The notes: generated by a model not told the origin, from the letters alone. 64,000 nt of DNA from an uncultured Erysipelotrichaceae bacterium (GCA_900315885.1 ONAT01000001.1:10988-74987); one strand, 5' to 3'. Positions 45,778-56,262 are shown, counted from the stretch's first letter. Program-made: numbers and translations.

Positions 45778-46485
45778 ATGAATTTTGAAACCTATGAAGA
45801 ATTATTAAAAGACATGGATATATCAATTACAAATGTGCAGATAGAACAACTTAACACTTATAAAGAAATGTTAAAAGAATGGAATTCTGTTATGGATTTG
45901 ACTGCGATTTGTGATGATGAATCAATTATTGAAAAGCATTTTTATGATTCACTTCTCTCTTATAAAATCGTTAATTATGATAATCAGTCATTATTAGATG
46001 TTGGAACTGGTGCGGGATTTCCAGGATTAGTCTTAAAAATAGTTTTCCCAAGTCTTAAAGTTACTTTGCTTGAACCAACTACAAAAAGATGTAAATTCTT
46101 AAACGCGGTAATTGAAAAACTTAAATTAACGGATATTGAAGTAATTAATGAGCGTGCGGAAGATTTTATAAAAAAGAATCAAAGAGAAAAATATGATTAT
46201 GTCACCGCTAGAGCGGTATCTAGACTGAATGTTTTATTAGAACTAGTTACTCCTTTCATTAAAGTCAATGGTATATTTATTGCTTTAAAAGGAAAAAATG
46301 GTAACGAAGAAATTTTAGAAGCAAAAAATGCTATAAAAACACTTAATTTATCTTGTAAAGAGGTAATTAATGTGAGTTTACCAAGTGAAAACGAACAAAG
46401 AGTGATTGCTATTTTCCAAAAAGAAAAAGAAACGGATATTAAGTATCCAAGAAATTATGGAACTATTAAGAAGAAACCTTTATAG
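45778..46485 (+). CDS. rsmG: 16S rRNA (guanine527-N7)-methyltransferase RsmG (GidB)
   Basis: LLDVGTGAGFPGLVLKI and TARAV motifs, immediately after mnmG. Confidence 0.92.
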   Translation: MNFETYEELLKDMDISITNVQIEQLNTYKEMLKEWNSVMDLTAICDDESIIEKHFYDSLLSYKIVNYDNQSLLDVGTGAGFPGLVLKIVFPSLKVTLLEPTTKRCKFLNAVIEKLKLTDIEVINERAEDFIKKNQREKYDYVTARAVSRLNVLLELVTPFIKVNGIFIALKGKNGNEEILEAKNAIKTLNLSCKEVINVSLPSENEQRVIAIFQKEKETDIKYPRNYGTIKKKPL

Positions 46486-46499
46486 ATTTCTTCTTTTTG
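46468..46499 (+). terminator. rsmG terminator (spans the stop codon)
   Basis: AAGAAGAAA-loop-TTTCTTCTT plus TTT. Confidence 0.6.
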
Positions 46500-46573
46500 T
46501 TTTTAATAAAAAAACAAATACAATTGATTTATATAGTTTATTCATGATAACATAATTAGCGGAAGTGAACGTT

Positions 46574-47338
46574 ATGACTAAAATAATTGCAATTGCAAAT
46601 CAAAAAGGTGGGGTTGGAAAGACTACTACCGCCATTTCTTTATCTGCATCACTTGCACATTTTAATCGCAAGGTGCTTCTTTTAGATATGGACCCACAAG
46701 GAAATTCTTCACGAGGATTTAGTATTGATATTACTCTTATAAATAAAACTATGTACGATGTATTAGTTAAAGAAGCTGATATTAATAAAGTTATTCGCAA
46801 AACCATGATGAAAAATGTAGACATTTTGCCAGCAAATTTAAAACTTGCTTCAACTGATGCGGAAGTTACAAATAAAGTTGCTAAACCATTTTTCTTGCTT
46901 AAAAACGCAATTGAAAAAATACATAAAAATTACGATTACATTATTATAGATTGTCCACCATCTTTAGGACTTTTAAATATTAACGCTCTTGTTGCTGCTA
47001 ATAGCGTAATTATTCCAGTGCAATGTGAATATTTTGCGATGGAAGCTGTCGCTCAAATTCTTTCATCTATTTCTCGTATTCAAGCAGCATATAATCCACT
47101 CCTTGGTATTGAAGGATTCTTATTAACAATGTATGATCCAAGAACTAGACTTTGTGTTGAAATCACAACGCAAGTGCGTGGATTATTTAAAGAGAACACA
47201 TTCTTAACACAAATTCCACGTAATATCTCTTTGCCAGAAAGTTCAGCACGTGGTTTACCTATTACTTTATATCGCCCTTCTTCTGCGGGCAGTTTAGCTT
47301 ATTTAAATCTTGCCAAGGAAGTAATAGAGCATGAATAA
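46574..47338 (+). CDS. parA: Chromosome partitioning ATPase ParA/Soj
   Basis: [16 protein letters not shown] deviant Walker A and DCPPSLG. Confidence 0.93.
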   Translation: MTKIIAIANQKGGVGKTTTAISLSASLAHFNRKVLLLDMDPQGNSSRGFSIDITLINKTMYDVLVKEADINKVIRKTMMKNVDILPANLKLASTDAEVTNKVAKPFFLLKNAIEKIHKNYDYIIIDCPPSLGLLNINALVAANSVIIPVQCEYFAMEAVAQILSSISRIQAAYNPLLGIEGFLLTMYDPRTRLCVEITTQVRGLFKENTFLTQIPRNISLPESSARGLPITLYRPSSAGSLAYLNLAKEVIEHE

Positions 47339-48155
47339 AGATAATCAAATTTTAAAAAATAATCTTTCATCACTTTTAAAAAAGTTTGCTAAAACAAATG
47401 TAATCGAAAAGTTTGATGATGTAAATACTCTTTATAATGTCGTTAATTTGGAAACAAACCGAATTATGGACAATAAAGTGCTAAAAAGTGTTGAAATTGA
47501 TGAAAAAACTTTGAGTAATTTTGAAAAAGATATTAATTACCATGGCATAGTTACTCCTCTTTTAGTTCGCCCAATCAATGACAAAGATTTTGAAATTATT
47601 ACAGGCAGAAAACGCCTTATTTGCGCCAAAAAATTGCACATTGAAAATGTTCCTTGTATTATTCATGAGTTTTCTGATGAAGATATGTTACTTTATATGC
47701 TCTATTCTTTGCGCGATGATGAGACCAAATCAGCAATTGAAAGTGCAACAATATGCAAAGAATTATGTAAAAGATTTCATTATACACAAGCCACTCTTGC
47801 AGATATTTTAGATATGTCTAGATCTCAAATCACGAATCTAATAAGGCTATTAAAATTACCAAAAAAGATTCAAAAAGATGTAAGTAAGGGCAAACTTAGT
47901 TATGGACATGCACGAGCTTTAACATCTCTAAACGAAGAACAAATCTATATGGTTTTAGAATTAATTTATTCTAAAAATTTATCAGTGCGCGATACAGAAT
48001 ATTTTGTAAACGAATTAAAAAGTAAACAAAATTATGATGAATTAATGTCTAATTTTCAAAAGAGAAATAATTTAAAAGCAAAAATAACTGGAAAACAACT
48101 GATTTTGAGTTTTAAAACCAAAAAAGATATGAAAATGTTTATTGCAAAAAAATAG
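47331..48155 (+). CDS. parB: ParB/Spo0J-family protein (divergent)
   Basis: [10 protein letters not shown]...[15 protein letters not shown] (ParB box with GRKR instead of GERR) and an HTH ([23 protein letters not shown]). Confidence 0.8.
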   Translation: MNKDNQILKNNLSSLLKKFAKTNVIEKFDDVNTLYNVVNLETNRIMDNKVLKSVEIDEKTLSNFEKDINYHGIVTPLLVRPINDKDFEIITGRKRLICAKKLHIENVPCIIHEFSDEDMLLYMLYSLRDDETKSAIESATICKELCKRFHYTQATLADILDMSRSQITNLIRLLKLPKKIQKDVSKGKLSYGHARALTSLNEEQIYMVLELIYSKNLSVRDTEYFVNELKSKQNYDELMSNFQKRNNLKAKITGKQLILSFKTKKDMKMFIAKK

Positions 48156-48219
48156 ATGATTTTTCAAATTATAAGCATATAAGTGTCGCATTGTTATTAT
48201 TTTTATAATGGTGATAGCA

Positions 48220-49227
48220 ATGAGACATTTTTTAATGATTTTATTGAGTGTGTTTTCAGTTTTTATTTCAAATGTTAAAACAGATAATCAAACGATTTTT
48301 GCACGCTCATATGTAGTAATGGAACAAAATAGTGGAAAACTATTAGAAAGTAAAGACTGCAATCTTCAACGCAGTGTTGCAAGTGTATCTAAAATAATGA
48401 CCGCAATAATTGCTTTAGAGAGTGATAAATTATTTAATGCTGTCGTGGTAGATGATGAAATAGACACAATTGTTGGTAGTTCTCTATATCTTGAAAAAGG
48501 AACGGAAATTAATGTTGTGGAATTAGTTTATGGGTTACTATTAAGAAGCGGAAATGATGCCGCTGTAATAATTGCTAAAAACGTTGGAGGCACAATTGAT
48601 AATTTTGTGACGATGATGAATCAAAAAGCCTACGATATAGGAATGAAAAATACAGTATTTTCTAATCCGAGTGGTCTTGATATGTTTGATGATGGGAACT
48701 TATCAACAAGTTATGATTTAGCGTTATTAATGCGATATTGCATGACTAATGAGATGTTTCGTGAAATTAGTGGCACAAAGCAATTTAAATCAACGATTAA
48801 AGGAACATGGGCAAACAAGCATAAATTGATACAAAATTATGAGTACGCAATCGGTGGAAAAACGGGATATACCAAAAAAGCTCGTCGAACATTAATAACG
48901 AGCGCTAAAAAAGATGAATTTGAGTTAATTGTTGTCACATTAGATTGCGGGGCGGATTTTAATTTTCATAAACAAAAATTCGAACATTATTTTTCTCTTT
49001 ACACATATATTCCTTTTTTACATAAAGGAGAGAATAGAGTTTCTAATTATTTAATAGATTCAAACGATGAATATGGTGTAGTGGTTGATAATTTAAAAAT
49101 TAATGGTGGCGTTAAAGTATATAAAATCAACATTTCCAAAAAAGAAGTAATGATGTATTTAAAACTTTATAACGACGAAGTAGTGAATCTTGGAGTGATA
49201 AAAGTTAACTCGCTCAAAGAGATGTGA
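48220..49227 (+). CDS. dacB: D-alanyl-D-alanine carboxypeptidase (S11), sporulation-type DacB
   Basis: SVSKIMT (SxxK), SGND (SxN) and KTGYT (KTG). It is followed by spmA-spmB as in the B. subtilis dacB operon. Confidence 0.88.
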   Translation: MRHFLMILLSVFSVFISNVKTDNQTIFARSYVVMEQNSGKLLESKDCNLQRSVASVSKIMTAIIALESDKLFNAVVVDDEIDTIVGSSLYLEKGTEINVVELVYGLLLRSGNDAAVIIAKNVGGTIDNFVTMMNQKAYDIGMKNTVFSNPSGLDMFDDGNLSTSYDLALLMRYCMTNEMFREISGTKQFKSTIKGTWANKHKLIQNYEYAIGGKTGYTKKARRTLITSAKKDEFELIVVTLDCGADFNFHKQKFEHYFSLYTYIPFLHKGENRVSNYLIDSNDEYGVVVDNLKINGGVKVYKINISKKEVMMYLKLYNDEVVNLGVIKVNSLKEM

Positions 49228-49233
49228 GGGCGT

Positions 49234-49827
49234 ATGAATAAAATTTGGATAGGAATAATCGCAATTTGCACGATTTATGGACTTGTTACAGGTCGATTTG
49301 AAGAAATGACTACTTCTATACTTGCTTTACCAATGGATGGCTTACAACTAGTATGCACACTTGTGTTTTCGGCTTGTTTTTGGTCGGGCGTAATGATGAT
49401 AATGTACGATTCAGGTTTAATTGATAAACTTGCTAAATTATTAAATCCTTTTTTAAGAAAAATAATGCCGAATTTAAATGATGAAGAAGCATATAAATAT
49501 GTAGCCATGAACATTGCTGCGAATATATTCGGATTAGGATTTGCCGCCACTCCAGCAGGTTTAAAAGCTATAAAGCGAATGAAGGAATTATCAAAAGAGT
49601 GCGATAAAAGTGTAGCTACGGATGAAATGGTAACATTTTTGGTGCTAAATACAGCAGGAGTTACGATATTGCCAACTACGGTAATGGCTATAAGACAAAG
49701 CTATGGTTCTGCTAATCCAGCTGATTTTCTTCTTTTATCATTTGTTGGTACTTTAGCCTCATGTATTTTTGGTTTATTGCTTGATAAATACTATCAAAGA
49801 AAGGCAAAAAAGAAACATGGCAAGTAG
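49234..49827 (+). CDS. spmA: Spore maturation protein A (nucleoside-recognition/Gate domain membrane protein)
   Basis: Polytopic 197-aa ORF in the dacB-spmA-spmB context. Confidence 0.8.
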   Translation: MNKIWIGIIAICTIYGLVTGRFEEMTTSILALPMDGLQLVCTLVFSACFWSGVMMIMYDSGLIDKLAKLLNPFLRKIMPNLNDEEAYKYVAMNIAANIFGLGFAATPAGLKAIKRMKELSKECDKSVATDEMVTFLVLNTAGVTILPTTVMAIRQSYGSANPADFLLLSFVGTLASCIFGLLLDKYYQRKAKKKHGK

Positions 49828-50341
49828 AATATCTTTAATATTTATACCGCTTCTAATTCTCTTAGCTATTGGCTACTCTTACGCTAAAAAGAATAACGCT
49901 TATTCTTCTTTTGTTAAAGGTGTATTGGATGGTTTGCCTTTATTTAAAGAATTATTCCCAAGCATTATTGGTATGCTTTTATGTGTTACACTTTTAAAAA
50001 GTTGTGGCATTGTTGATGATTTAAAAAATCTTTTAATGGCATGGATTCCTAAGTCAGAAATAATTATTGATTTAACTCCTATGATTTTGTTTAGACCGAT
50101 TTCTGGATCAGCCTCAATTGCCTGTTTTGATACTATATGTAAAACTTTAGGTCCTGACTCATTGACAGCAAAAATTGCAGCGACAATTCAAGGTTCCACA
50201 GATACAACTATATACATATTGGCATTATATTTTGGTTCGGTAGGAGTTACAAAATGGAAGCATGCTTTAAAGACAGGATTGCTTACAGATATGGTGGGCA
50301 TTGCTTGTGGTATATTGCTTGCTTTATTATTTTTAAGATAA
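49817..50341 (+). CDS. spmB: Spore maturation protein B
   Basis: Polytopic ORF. ATG 49817 overlaps the spmA stop. Operon context supports the call. Confidence 0.8.
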   Translation: MASRISLIFIPLLILLAIGYSYAKKNNAYSSFVKGVLDGLPLFKELFPSIIGMLLCVTLLKSCGIVDDLKNLLMAWIPKSEIIIDLTPMILFRPISGSASIACFDTICKTLGPDSLTAKIAATIQGSTDTTIYILALYFGSVGVTKWKHALKTGLLTDMVGIACGILLALLFLR

Positions 50342-50356
50342 TAATTATTTGTAATA

Positions 50357-50384
50357 TTGACATATTTAAGAAGATGACTATACT
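50357..50384 (+). promoter_or_regulatory. Promoter of the FMN riboswitch-ribU unit
   Basis: TTGACA-16 nt-TATACT. Confidence 0.65.
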
Positions 50385-50389
50385 TATAA

Positions 50390-50507
50390 ATGAATTTCGG
50401 GGACAGGTGAAAATCCTTACCGACGGTATACTCCGTGAGCCTTGCAAAAGGTTGAACTAGTGAGATTCTAGTAGCGACAGTTAAAGTCTGGATGAGAGAA
50501 AATTCAT
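50390..50507 (+). promoter_or_regulatory. FMN riboswitch (RFN element)
   Basis: CGGGGACAGGTGAAAATCCTTACCGACGGTATA...CCGTGAGCC...GTGAGATTCTAGTAGCGACAGTTAAAGTCTGGATGAGAGAA matches the conserved RFN blocks. P1 pairs TGAATTTC with GAAAATTCA. Confidence 0.9.
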
Positions 50508-50512
50508 TTTTG

Positions 50513-50541
50513 AATCCCTGAATTTTGAAGGGATTTTTTTA
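50513..50541 (+). terminator. Riboswitch expression-platform terminator
   Basis: AATCCCT-GAATTTTGA-AGGGATT plus T7. Confidence 0.85.
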
Positions 50542-50553
50542 TTGGTGATTATT

Positions 50554-51168
50554 ATGGAACATAGCAAAGTCTTTACAACAAAATTTATGGTTAGAACATC
50601 AATATTTGGGGCAATAGCAACAATATTGTATTTAATACCGGGTATTAAGTTACCATTCTTCTTAGGCTTTTTAGAAATTCATTTTGATGAAATACCTGCC
50701 TTTATTGCTTCATTTGCTTATGGACCACTTTGTGGAACATTTGTCATTATTATTAAGACTTTAATAAAATTATTCTTTTCCACTTCAGCGGGTGTAGGAG
50801 AATTAATGGACTTAATATATGGTTTAGCTCTAATTCTTCCTGCAAGTATTTATTACAAAAAGAACCGCACATTTAAGGGTGCGATTATTGGTTTAGTTAT
50901 TTCTACTATTGTACATCTATTAGTAACATTTATTTGTTCTGCAACATTCGTTATAGATTTGTATTGTTTAATATATGCAGGATTAACACAAGAACAAGTT
51001 TTACAAATGGCGCAGTTATTAGTGCCACAAGTAAGTAATGTACATGCTTCAATTACATTCTATTGCTTCTTACCATTTAACTTATTTAAAGATGTTATTA
51101 TAACCACTTTAACTATCTTACTTTATCCTCGTGTGAGATATTTCACAGAAAAAAGATACAAGAAATAA
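50554..51168 (+). CDS. ribU: Riboflavin transporter RibU (ECF S component)
   Basis: 5-6 TM ORF directly controlled by the FMN riboswitch, with the LEIHFDEIPAFIASFAYGP motif region. Confidence 0.85.
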   Translation: MEHSKVFTTKFMVRTSIFGAIATILYLIPGIKLPFFLGFLEIHFDEIPAFIASFAYGPLCGTFVIIIKTLIKLFFSTSAGVGELMDLIYGLALILPASIYYKKNRTFKGAIIGLVISTIVHLLVTFICSATFVIDLYCLIYAGLTQEQVLQMAQLLVPQVSNVHASITFYCFLPFNLFKDVIITTLTILLYPRVRYFTEKRYKK

Positions 51169-51198
51169 AAAGGCTTCCTTTCTCAAGGAAGCTTTTTT
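51167..51198. terminator. Bidirectional terminator between ribU and the ferredoxin gene
   Basis: AAAAAGGCTTCCTT-TCTC-AAGGAAGCTTTTTT. Confidence 0.85.
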
Positions 51199-51200
51199 AA

Positions 51201-51392
51201 CTATTCAATAATGATAGCTTGTACTGGGCAGTTTGCTGCAGCATCTTCTGCTTCTGCAGGTACGTCTGCGCCATCTGCTAATGTAACTTTTGCTTTTCCA
51301 TCATCGTCGAAATCAAATACTCCAGCGGCGATTGATGTGCAAAGTCCACATCCGATGCAGAGGTCTTTATTAATTGTAACTTTTTTTGCCAT
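51201..51392 (-). CDS. fer: Small 4Fe-4S ferredoxin
   Basis: CIGCGLC ... CP motif in a 63-aa acidic protein. Confidence 0.88.
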   Translation of the reverse strand: MAKKVTINKDLCIGCGLCTSIAAGVFDFDDDGKAKVTLADGADVPAEAEDAAANCPVQAIIIE

Positions 51393-51596
51393 ATTCTTAT
51401 TTGCTCCTTTTAAGTATAAAAATTATAATAGATAATCGCTAATTTTTCAAGGCTTTATTGCTAAGTTCGGAAGCTAAATTTTGCCAAGGAGGTAAAGCCG
51501 ATTAACAAAAAGAGAAAATTTCTAGTTTTTTACATTTTCAACTATCTTTTTTATTTTAATTCTATTAAAATAGTCTAGGAAGCGGAGGCTAGGTAG

Positions 51597-51926
51597 ATGA
51601 AACGAGAAACACGGGTTCATAAATACGCAAAACTCCGTCAAGATATTGAAAACATTGACGATAATATGCTTAAAGATATTCAAGACAAAAAATTTAATGT
51701 TGTCAAAGAGTCAATGAAGCATTGCGGTAGTAATACCACTAACGATAAAAATCAGTCAATCGAACAAATATTAGAAGGACATTCAAAGTATGTTAATTTA
51801 GAAAATTACCATGGCTTTGACGAAACAAAGAAAATTAAAAAATACAAAAAATATCTGATTGTTGGAATCGGATTAATGTTTATTGTGGTTGTTACGATAT
51901 TAATAATCACAATTATGGGGAGGTAA
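51597..51926 (+). CDS. Hypothetical tail-anchored membrane protein (109 aa)
   Basis: GGAGG SD and a C-terminal TM segment (LIVGIGLMFIVVVTILIITIM). It sits upstream of cmk like the small ypfB-type genes. Confidence 0.55.
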   Translation: MKRETRVHKYAKLRQDIENIDDNMLKDIQDKKFNVVKESMKHCGSNTTNDKNQSIEQILEGHSKYVNLENYHGFDETKKIKKYKKYLIVGIGLMFIVVVTILIITIMGR

Positions 51927-51931
51927 TAACT

Positions 51932-52597
51932 ATGAAAAAAACAATCGTTGCAATTGATGGACCAGCCGCGGCAGGAAAATCCACTATCGCTAAAAGAGTT
52001 GCAAAAAAATTAGGATTCACTTATGTGGATACAGGTGCAATGTATCGTGCTTATACATATTATGTTTTACAACATGGCATTGATCCTAAAGATGAAAAAG
52101 CTTGTGTAGCAGTTATTCCTCAAGTTGACATTGAATTAAAACCAAATGATATTGTTTTATGTAATGGTGAAGATGTTACAAAACAAATAAGAGCAAATGA
52201 TGTATCACGTAATGTTTCTTTTATTGCTTCTTACAAAGATATAAGATTAGCGTTAGTTGAAGCACAAAGAAAATTGGCAAATAACGTTTCTTGTGTTATG
52301 GATGGCCGTGATATTGGGACATATGTTTTACCAAATGCTGATGTTAAGATTTATCAAGTTGCATCAGTTGAAGCACGTGCAGAACGTCGCTATTTAGAAA
52401 ACAAAGATAAAGGAATACCTTGCACAATCGAAGAATTGAAGAAAGATATCGACACTCGTGATTATATCGACTCAAATCGTGATTTTGCTCCATTAAGAAA
52501 AGCAGAAGACGCTATATATTTAGATACCTCAAATATGAGCATTGATGAAGTAGTAGACAAAGTCCTTGCTATTATTGAGGAAAAGGCTGGTAAATAA
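51932..52597 (+). CDS. cmk: Cytidylate kinase
   Basis: IAIDGPAAAGKSTIAK, DTGAMYR and GRDIGT. Confidence 0.95.
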   Translation: MKKTIVAIDGPAAAGKSTIAKRVAKKLGFTYVDTGAMYRAYTYYVLQHGIDPKDEKACVAVIPQVDIELKPNDIVLCNGEDVTKQIRANDVSRNVSFIASYKDIRLALVEAQRKLANNVSCVMDGRDIGTYVLPNADVKIYQVASVEARAERRYLENKDKGIPCTIEELKKDIDTRDYIDSNRDFAPLRKAEDAIYLDTSNMSIDEVVDKVLAIIEEKAGK

Positions 52598-52599
52598 AT

Positions 52600-53907
52600 A
52601 TGGCTAGAGGAATTGTTGCAATAGTTGGTTCGCCTAATGTTGGAAAATCAACTATTTTTAATAGAATTGTTGGAAAGCGCCAATCAATCGTTGATGATGA
52701 AGCAGGAATTACTCGTGACCGTATTTACGCTAAGGCAACATGGCTAACTAAGGAATTTTCTTTAATTGATACTGGTGGGGTAGAATTAGAGTCTCAACCA
52801 TTCCAAAAACAAATTCGCGCACAAGTAGAAATCGCTATTGAAGAGGCCGATGTTATTGTTTTTGTTGTTGATGCAAAAGTTGGTATTACACGTGATGATC
52901 GTATTGTAGCAAAAATGCTCTATAAATCTAATAAACCTGTAATTGTGGCAGTAAATAAAGTTGATTCTTATGATTATTTAAATAGTATTAATGAGTTCTA
53001 TGCTTTAGGCCTTGGAGATCCAATCGCTGTATCAGGTTCACATGGTATTGGCATTGGTGATTTATTAGATCAAATCATAAAACTTTTACCAGAGAAAACA
53101 ATTAAAGAACATGATGATACGATTTGTTTTTCACTTATTGGACGACCTAATGTGGGAAAATCAAGTCTTGTTAATGCGATTTTAAATCAAAATAGAGTTA
53201 TTGTTTCAAACATTGAAGGAACAACAAGAGATGCAATTGATACTACTTTTAAACGTGAAGGTCGTAACTATTGTATCATCGATACAGCGGGATTAAAAAA
53301 GCGTGGTAAGATATACGAAGCAGTCGACAAATATAGTGCTTTACGTGCTTTAAGTGCGATTGATAGAAGTGAAATAGTATTACTTGTTATTGACGCTGCG
53401 GAAGGAATTAAAGAACAAGATAAGCACGTTGTTGGTTATGCAATTGAAGCTAAAAAATCAATTATTATCGTTGTAAATAAGTGGGACGCTGTTGAAAAGA
53501 ATGAAAAGACTATGGCGGAATTTACAACTAAAGTTCGTGAAAACTTTAAATTCCTTGATTACGCTCCAATTGTATTCGTATCCGCTTTGAACAAAAGCAG
53601 AATCAATACAATTTTTGACGAAATTAATGTTTGCTATGATGCATTCAATACGCGTGTTGCCACTTCTGTATTAAATGAAGTCATGCAAGATGCGCAAATA
53701 ATGAATCCAGCACCATACTTTAATGGAGGAAGAATTAGGATTTATTTTGCAAACCAAGTTTCTGTTTGCCCTCCAACATTTGTTTTATTTGTTAATAATC
53801 CAACGTTTATGCACTTCTCATATAGTAGATATATTGAGAATAGATTAAGAGAAACTTTTGATTTCACAGGAACACCAATTAGTATAGTTTGTCGCGAAAG
53901 AAAATAA
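52600..53907 (+). CDS. der: Ribosome-associated GTPase Der (EngA), tandem GTPase domains
   Basis: GSPNVGKST and GRPNVGKSS P-loops, DTGG/DTAG, NKVD/NKWD, and a KH-like C-terminus. Confidence 0.95.
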   Translation: MARGIVAIVGSPNVGKSTIFNRIVGKRQSIVDDEAGITRDRIYAKATWLTKEFSLIDTGGVELESQPFQKQIRAQVEIAIEEADVIVFVVDAKVGITRDDRIVAKMLYKSNKPVIVAVNKVDSYDYLNSINEFYALGLGDPIAVSGSHGIGIGDLLDQIIKLLPEKTIKEHDDTICFSLIGRPNVGKSSLVNAILNQNRVIVSNIEGTTRDAIDTTFKREGRNYCIIDTAGLKKRGKIYEAVDKYSALRALSAIDRSEIVLLVIDAAEGIKEQDKHVVGYAIEAKKSIIIVVNKWDAVEKNEKTMAEFTTKVRENFKFLDYAPIVFVSALNKSRINTIFDEINVCYDAFNTRVATSVLNEVMQDAQIMNPAPYFNGGRIRIYFANQVSVCPPTFVLFVNNPTFMHFSYSRYIENRLRETFDFTGTPISIVCRERK

Positions 53908-53950
53908 CAAAATACCATGAACTGCATATTATATTTTGGGTGATAAGTTC

Positions 53951-54187
53951 ATGGATGATTCAATTTTTGATACTGTTGAGAAAAAAACTAATGTAAAGAA
54001 AGATGACATCTTGTCTTTAGCAAAGTCTTTATCGGGTAAAGATTTAAATGATGAAAAGGTTTTGCGTAATTTAATTAAAGATGTCGCAAAACTCGCTAAT
54101 AAAACAGTTTCAAAAGAAAAAGAGGAAAAAATTATTAACGCGGTAAAAAAGGATAAAATTCCAAAAAATCTCAATAAAATGCTTTAA
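53951..54187 (+). CDS. Stage VI sporulation protein F-like (SpoVIF/YjcC family)
   Basis: DSIFDTVEKKTNVKKDDILSLAKSL...DEKVLRNLIKDVAKLANKTVSKEKEEKII resembles SpoVIF. ATG follows GGGTGA. Confidence 0.65.
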   Translation: MDDSIFDTVEKKTNVKKDDILSLAKSLSGKDLNDEKVLRNLIKDVAKLANKTVSKEKEEKIINAVKKDKIPKNLNKML

Positions 54188-54192
54188 AAAAT

Positions 54193-54221
54193 GCACATTT
54201 GAAAAAAATGTGCTTTTTTTT
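54193..54221 (+). terminator. Terminator after the spoVIF-like gene
   Basis: GCACATT-loop-AATGTGC plus T8. Confidence 0.8.
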
Positions 54222-54284
54222 GGTCTTTTTTCAAACTTTCTAACATAACAATTAAAGAGAATGAAAAAATTAGGGGGATTTAAT

Positions 54285-55763
54285 ATGGAAACTCTTTCGA
54301 TTCTAAAAGATATTGGTTTGAGGAATAATGGTGATATATATCTTGGTGTTGTAGGACCAGTCCGTGTTGGTAAATCGACATTCATTAAACGCTTTATGGA
54401 AGTTATGGTTATACCACATATTACCAATGAAGATGATAAAAAGCGTGCGTTAGATGAGTTACCACAGTCAGGATTAGGTAAAACAATTATGACTATGGAG
54501 CCAAAATTTGTTCCTGCAAATGCAGTTGAAATTAATGTTGAAGAAAATTTATCAGTTAAGGTTCGTTTAATTGATTGTGTGGGATACATCATTGAAAACT
54601 CACAAGGATATCTTGAAGATGGCAAAATGCGTTTGGTTAAAACTCCATGGTTCAGTGAAACAATTCCTTTTGATGAAGCAGCAAAAATTGGTACACAAAA
54701 AGTTATTAAAGAACATTCCACATTAGGAATTTGCATTGTAAGTGATGGAACTATTACAGAGTTTAAACGCGAAGAATACGTAAGTGCGGAAGAGCAAGTT
54801 ATTGAAGAACTTAATTCTATTGAAAAGCCTTATGTTATTGTTTTAAACACAAAAACACCTAGTGCAGAAACGACATTTAATTTAAAGAATGAATTAGAAA
54901 AGAAATATAATGTTCCAGTAATCGCAGTTAATGTTGAAAGCATGACAGAAAATGATGCTACAGAAATTTTAAGACAAGCACTTTATCAATATCCAATTTC
55001 TAATATTGATGTTGCTTTGCCTAATTGGGTGAGTGTTCTTGATGAAAATCATTACTTAAAACAAAGCATTAAAAACTCAATTGAAGAAGCAATGGGTAAT
55101 GCTCGAACGATTCGTGACGTTAATACCATAAATGATGTAATTAAAAATAATGAATATATTGCAAATTCATCACTATCTAATGTTGATACAGGAACTGGTG
55201 TTGTCACAGTACAAATGGAAGTTAAAGACGGTTTATATGAAACAATCTTAAAAGAATTAGTGGGTTGTGAAATCTCTGATAAAGCCCAATTAATCGCAGT
55301 TTTAACTGAATTTGTAAAAGCAAAAAGAGAATATCAATTGATTGGTAGTGCCTTACAAATGGCGGAAACAACAGGATATGGATTCTCTAATGCCAGCTTA
55401 GAGACAATGAAAATTGAAAAACCAACGGCAACCAAGTCCGGTAATAGATATGGTGTGAAGATAAAAGCAGTTGCCTCTACTTATCATATCATTAAGGTTG
55501 ACTTAGAAACAAGTTTTGAGCCAACATTAGGATCAAAAATGCAAAGCGATTACTTCTTAGATTACTTATTAAAGGCATATGAAGAAGATCCAAAGAAAGT
55601 TCTTGAATGTGAGTTATTTGGACAAAAATTTGGTGATATTATCAAAGCAGGAATTACTGGCAAGTTAGCAACTCTTCCTGAACCAATCAAAATTAAACTA
55701 CAACAACTTATTAAAACAATTTCAAATAAGGGCAAATCAAATCTTATTGCATTTGTTTTCTAA
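54285..55763 (+). CDS. spoIVA: Stage IV sporulation protein A (spore coat morphogenetic ATPase)
   Basis: DIYLGVVGPVRVGKSTFIKRFME...DELPQSGLGKTIMTMEPKFVP is near-identical in pattern to B. subtilis SpoIVA. ATG follows AGGGGGA. Confidence 0.95.
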   Translation: METLSILKDIGLRNNGDIYLGVVGPVRVGKSTFIKRFMEVMVIPHITNEDDKKRALDELPQSGLGKTIMTMEPKFVPANAVEINVEENLSVKVRLIDCVGYIIENSQGYLEDGKMRLVKTPWFSETIPFDEAAKIGTQKVIKEHSTLGICIVSDGTITEFKREEYVSAEEQVIEELNSIEKPYVIVLNTKTPSAETTFNLKNELEKKYNVPVIAVNVESMTENDATEILRQALYQYPISNIDVALPNWVSVLDENHYLKQSIKNSIEEAMGNARTIRDVNTINDVIKNNEYIANSSLSNVDTGTGVVTVQMEVKDGLYETILKELVGCEISDKAQLIAVLTEFVKAKREYQLIGSALQMAETTGYGFSNASLETMKIEKPTATKSGNRYGVKIKAVASTYHIIKVDLETSFEPTLGSKMQSDYFLDYLLKAYEEDPKKVLECELFGQKFGDIIKAGITGKLATLPEPIKIKLQQLIKTISNKGKSNLIAFVF

Positions 55764-55779
55764 AACAGCATAAATCTTC

Positions 55780-55832
55780 AAACTCCTAATTGAAAAAATG
55801 ATTAATTATCGGCTTTCAATGGGAGTTTTTTT
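55780..55832 (+). terminator. spoIVA terminator (long hairpin)
   Basis: AAACTCCTAATTGAAA...TTTCAATGGGAGTTT plus T-run. Confidence 0.7.
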
Positions 55833-55939
55833 GTTAAAAAATCGCTAGAGCATAAAAAAATATAAAAGTCAAGACTTAACAATACAACTAATTATCATTA
55901 TTATTAAGAAAAAGAGAAGAAAAATGGAGGTCTCTAATA

Positions 55940-56212
55940 ATGAACAAAGTTGAATTAGTTGAATTAGTCGCAGAAAAAGCTCACTTAACTAAGAAAGACG
56001 CTGCTGTCGCAGTTGACGCAGTTTTCGATGGTATGGTAGAAGCTTTAGTGAAAGGTGAAGATGTCCGTATCGCAGGATTTGGTACAGTTGCTGTTAAAGA
56101 ACGCAAACCTCGTCAAGGTGTCAACCCTTCAACTGGTGCTAAAATGACAATTCCAGCAGCTAAAGTTGTTGGCTTAAAAGCTGCTAAAGTACTTAAAGAA
56201 AAATTAAACTAG
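55940..56212 (+). CDS. hup: DNA-binding protein HU
   Basis: MNKVELVELVAEKAHLTKKDA...GFGTVAVKERKPRQGVNPSTG. Confidence 0.95.
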   Translation: MNKVELVELVAEKAHLTKKDAAVAVDAVFDGMVEALVKGEDVRIAGFGTVAVKERKPRQGVNPSTGAKMTIPAAKVVGLKAAKVLKEKLN

Positions 56213-56234
56213 GATAATTTAAGCAAGATTTTTC

Positions 56235-56262
56235 AAGAAGGTTCGTTGCAACCTTCTTTTTT
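56235..56262 (+). terminator. hup terminator
   Basis: AAGAAGGTT-CGTTGC-AACCTTCTT plus TTTT. Confidence 0.85.
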
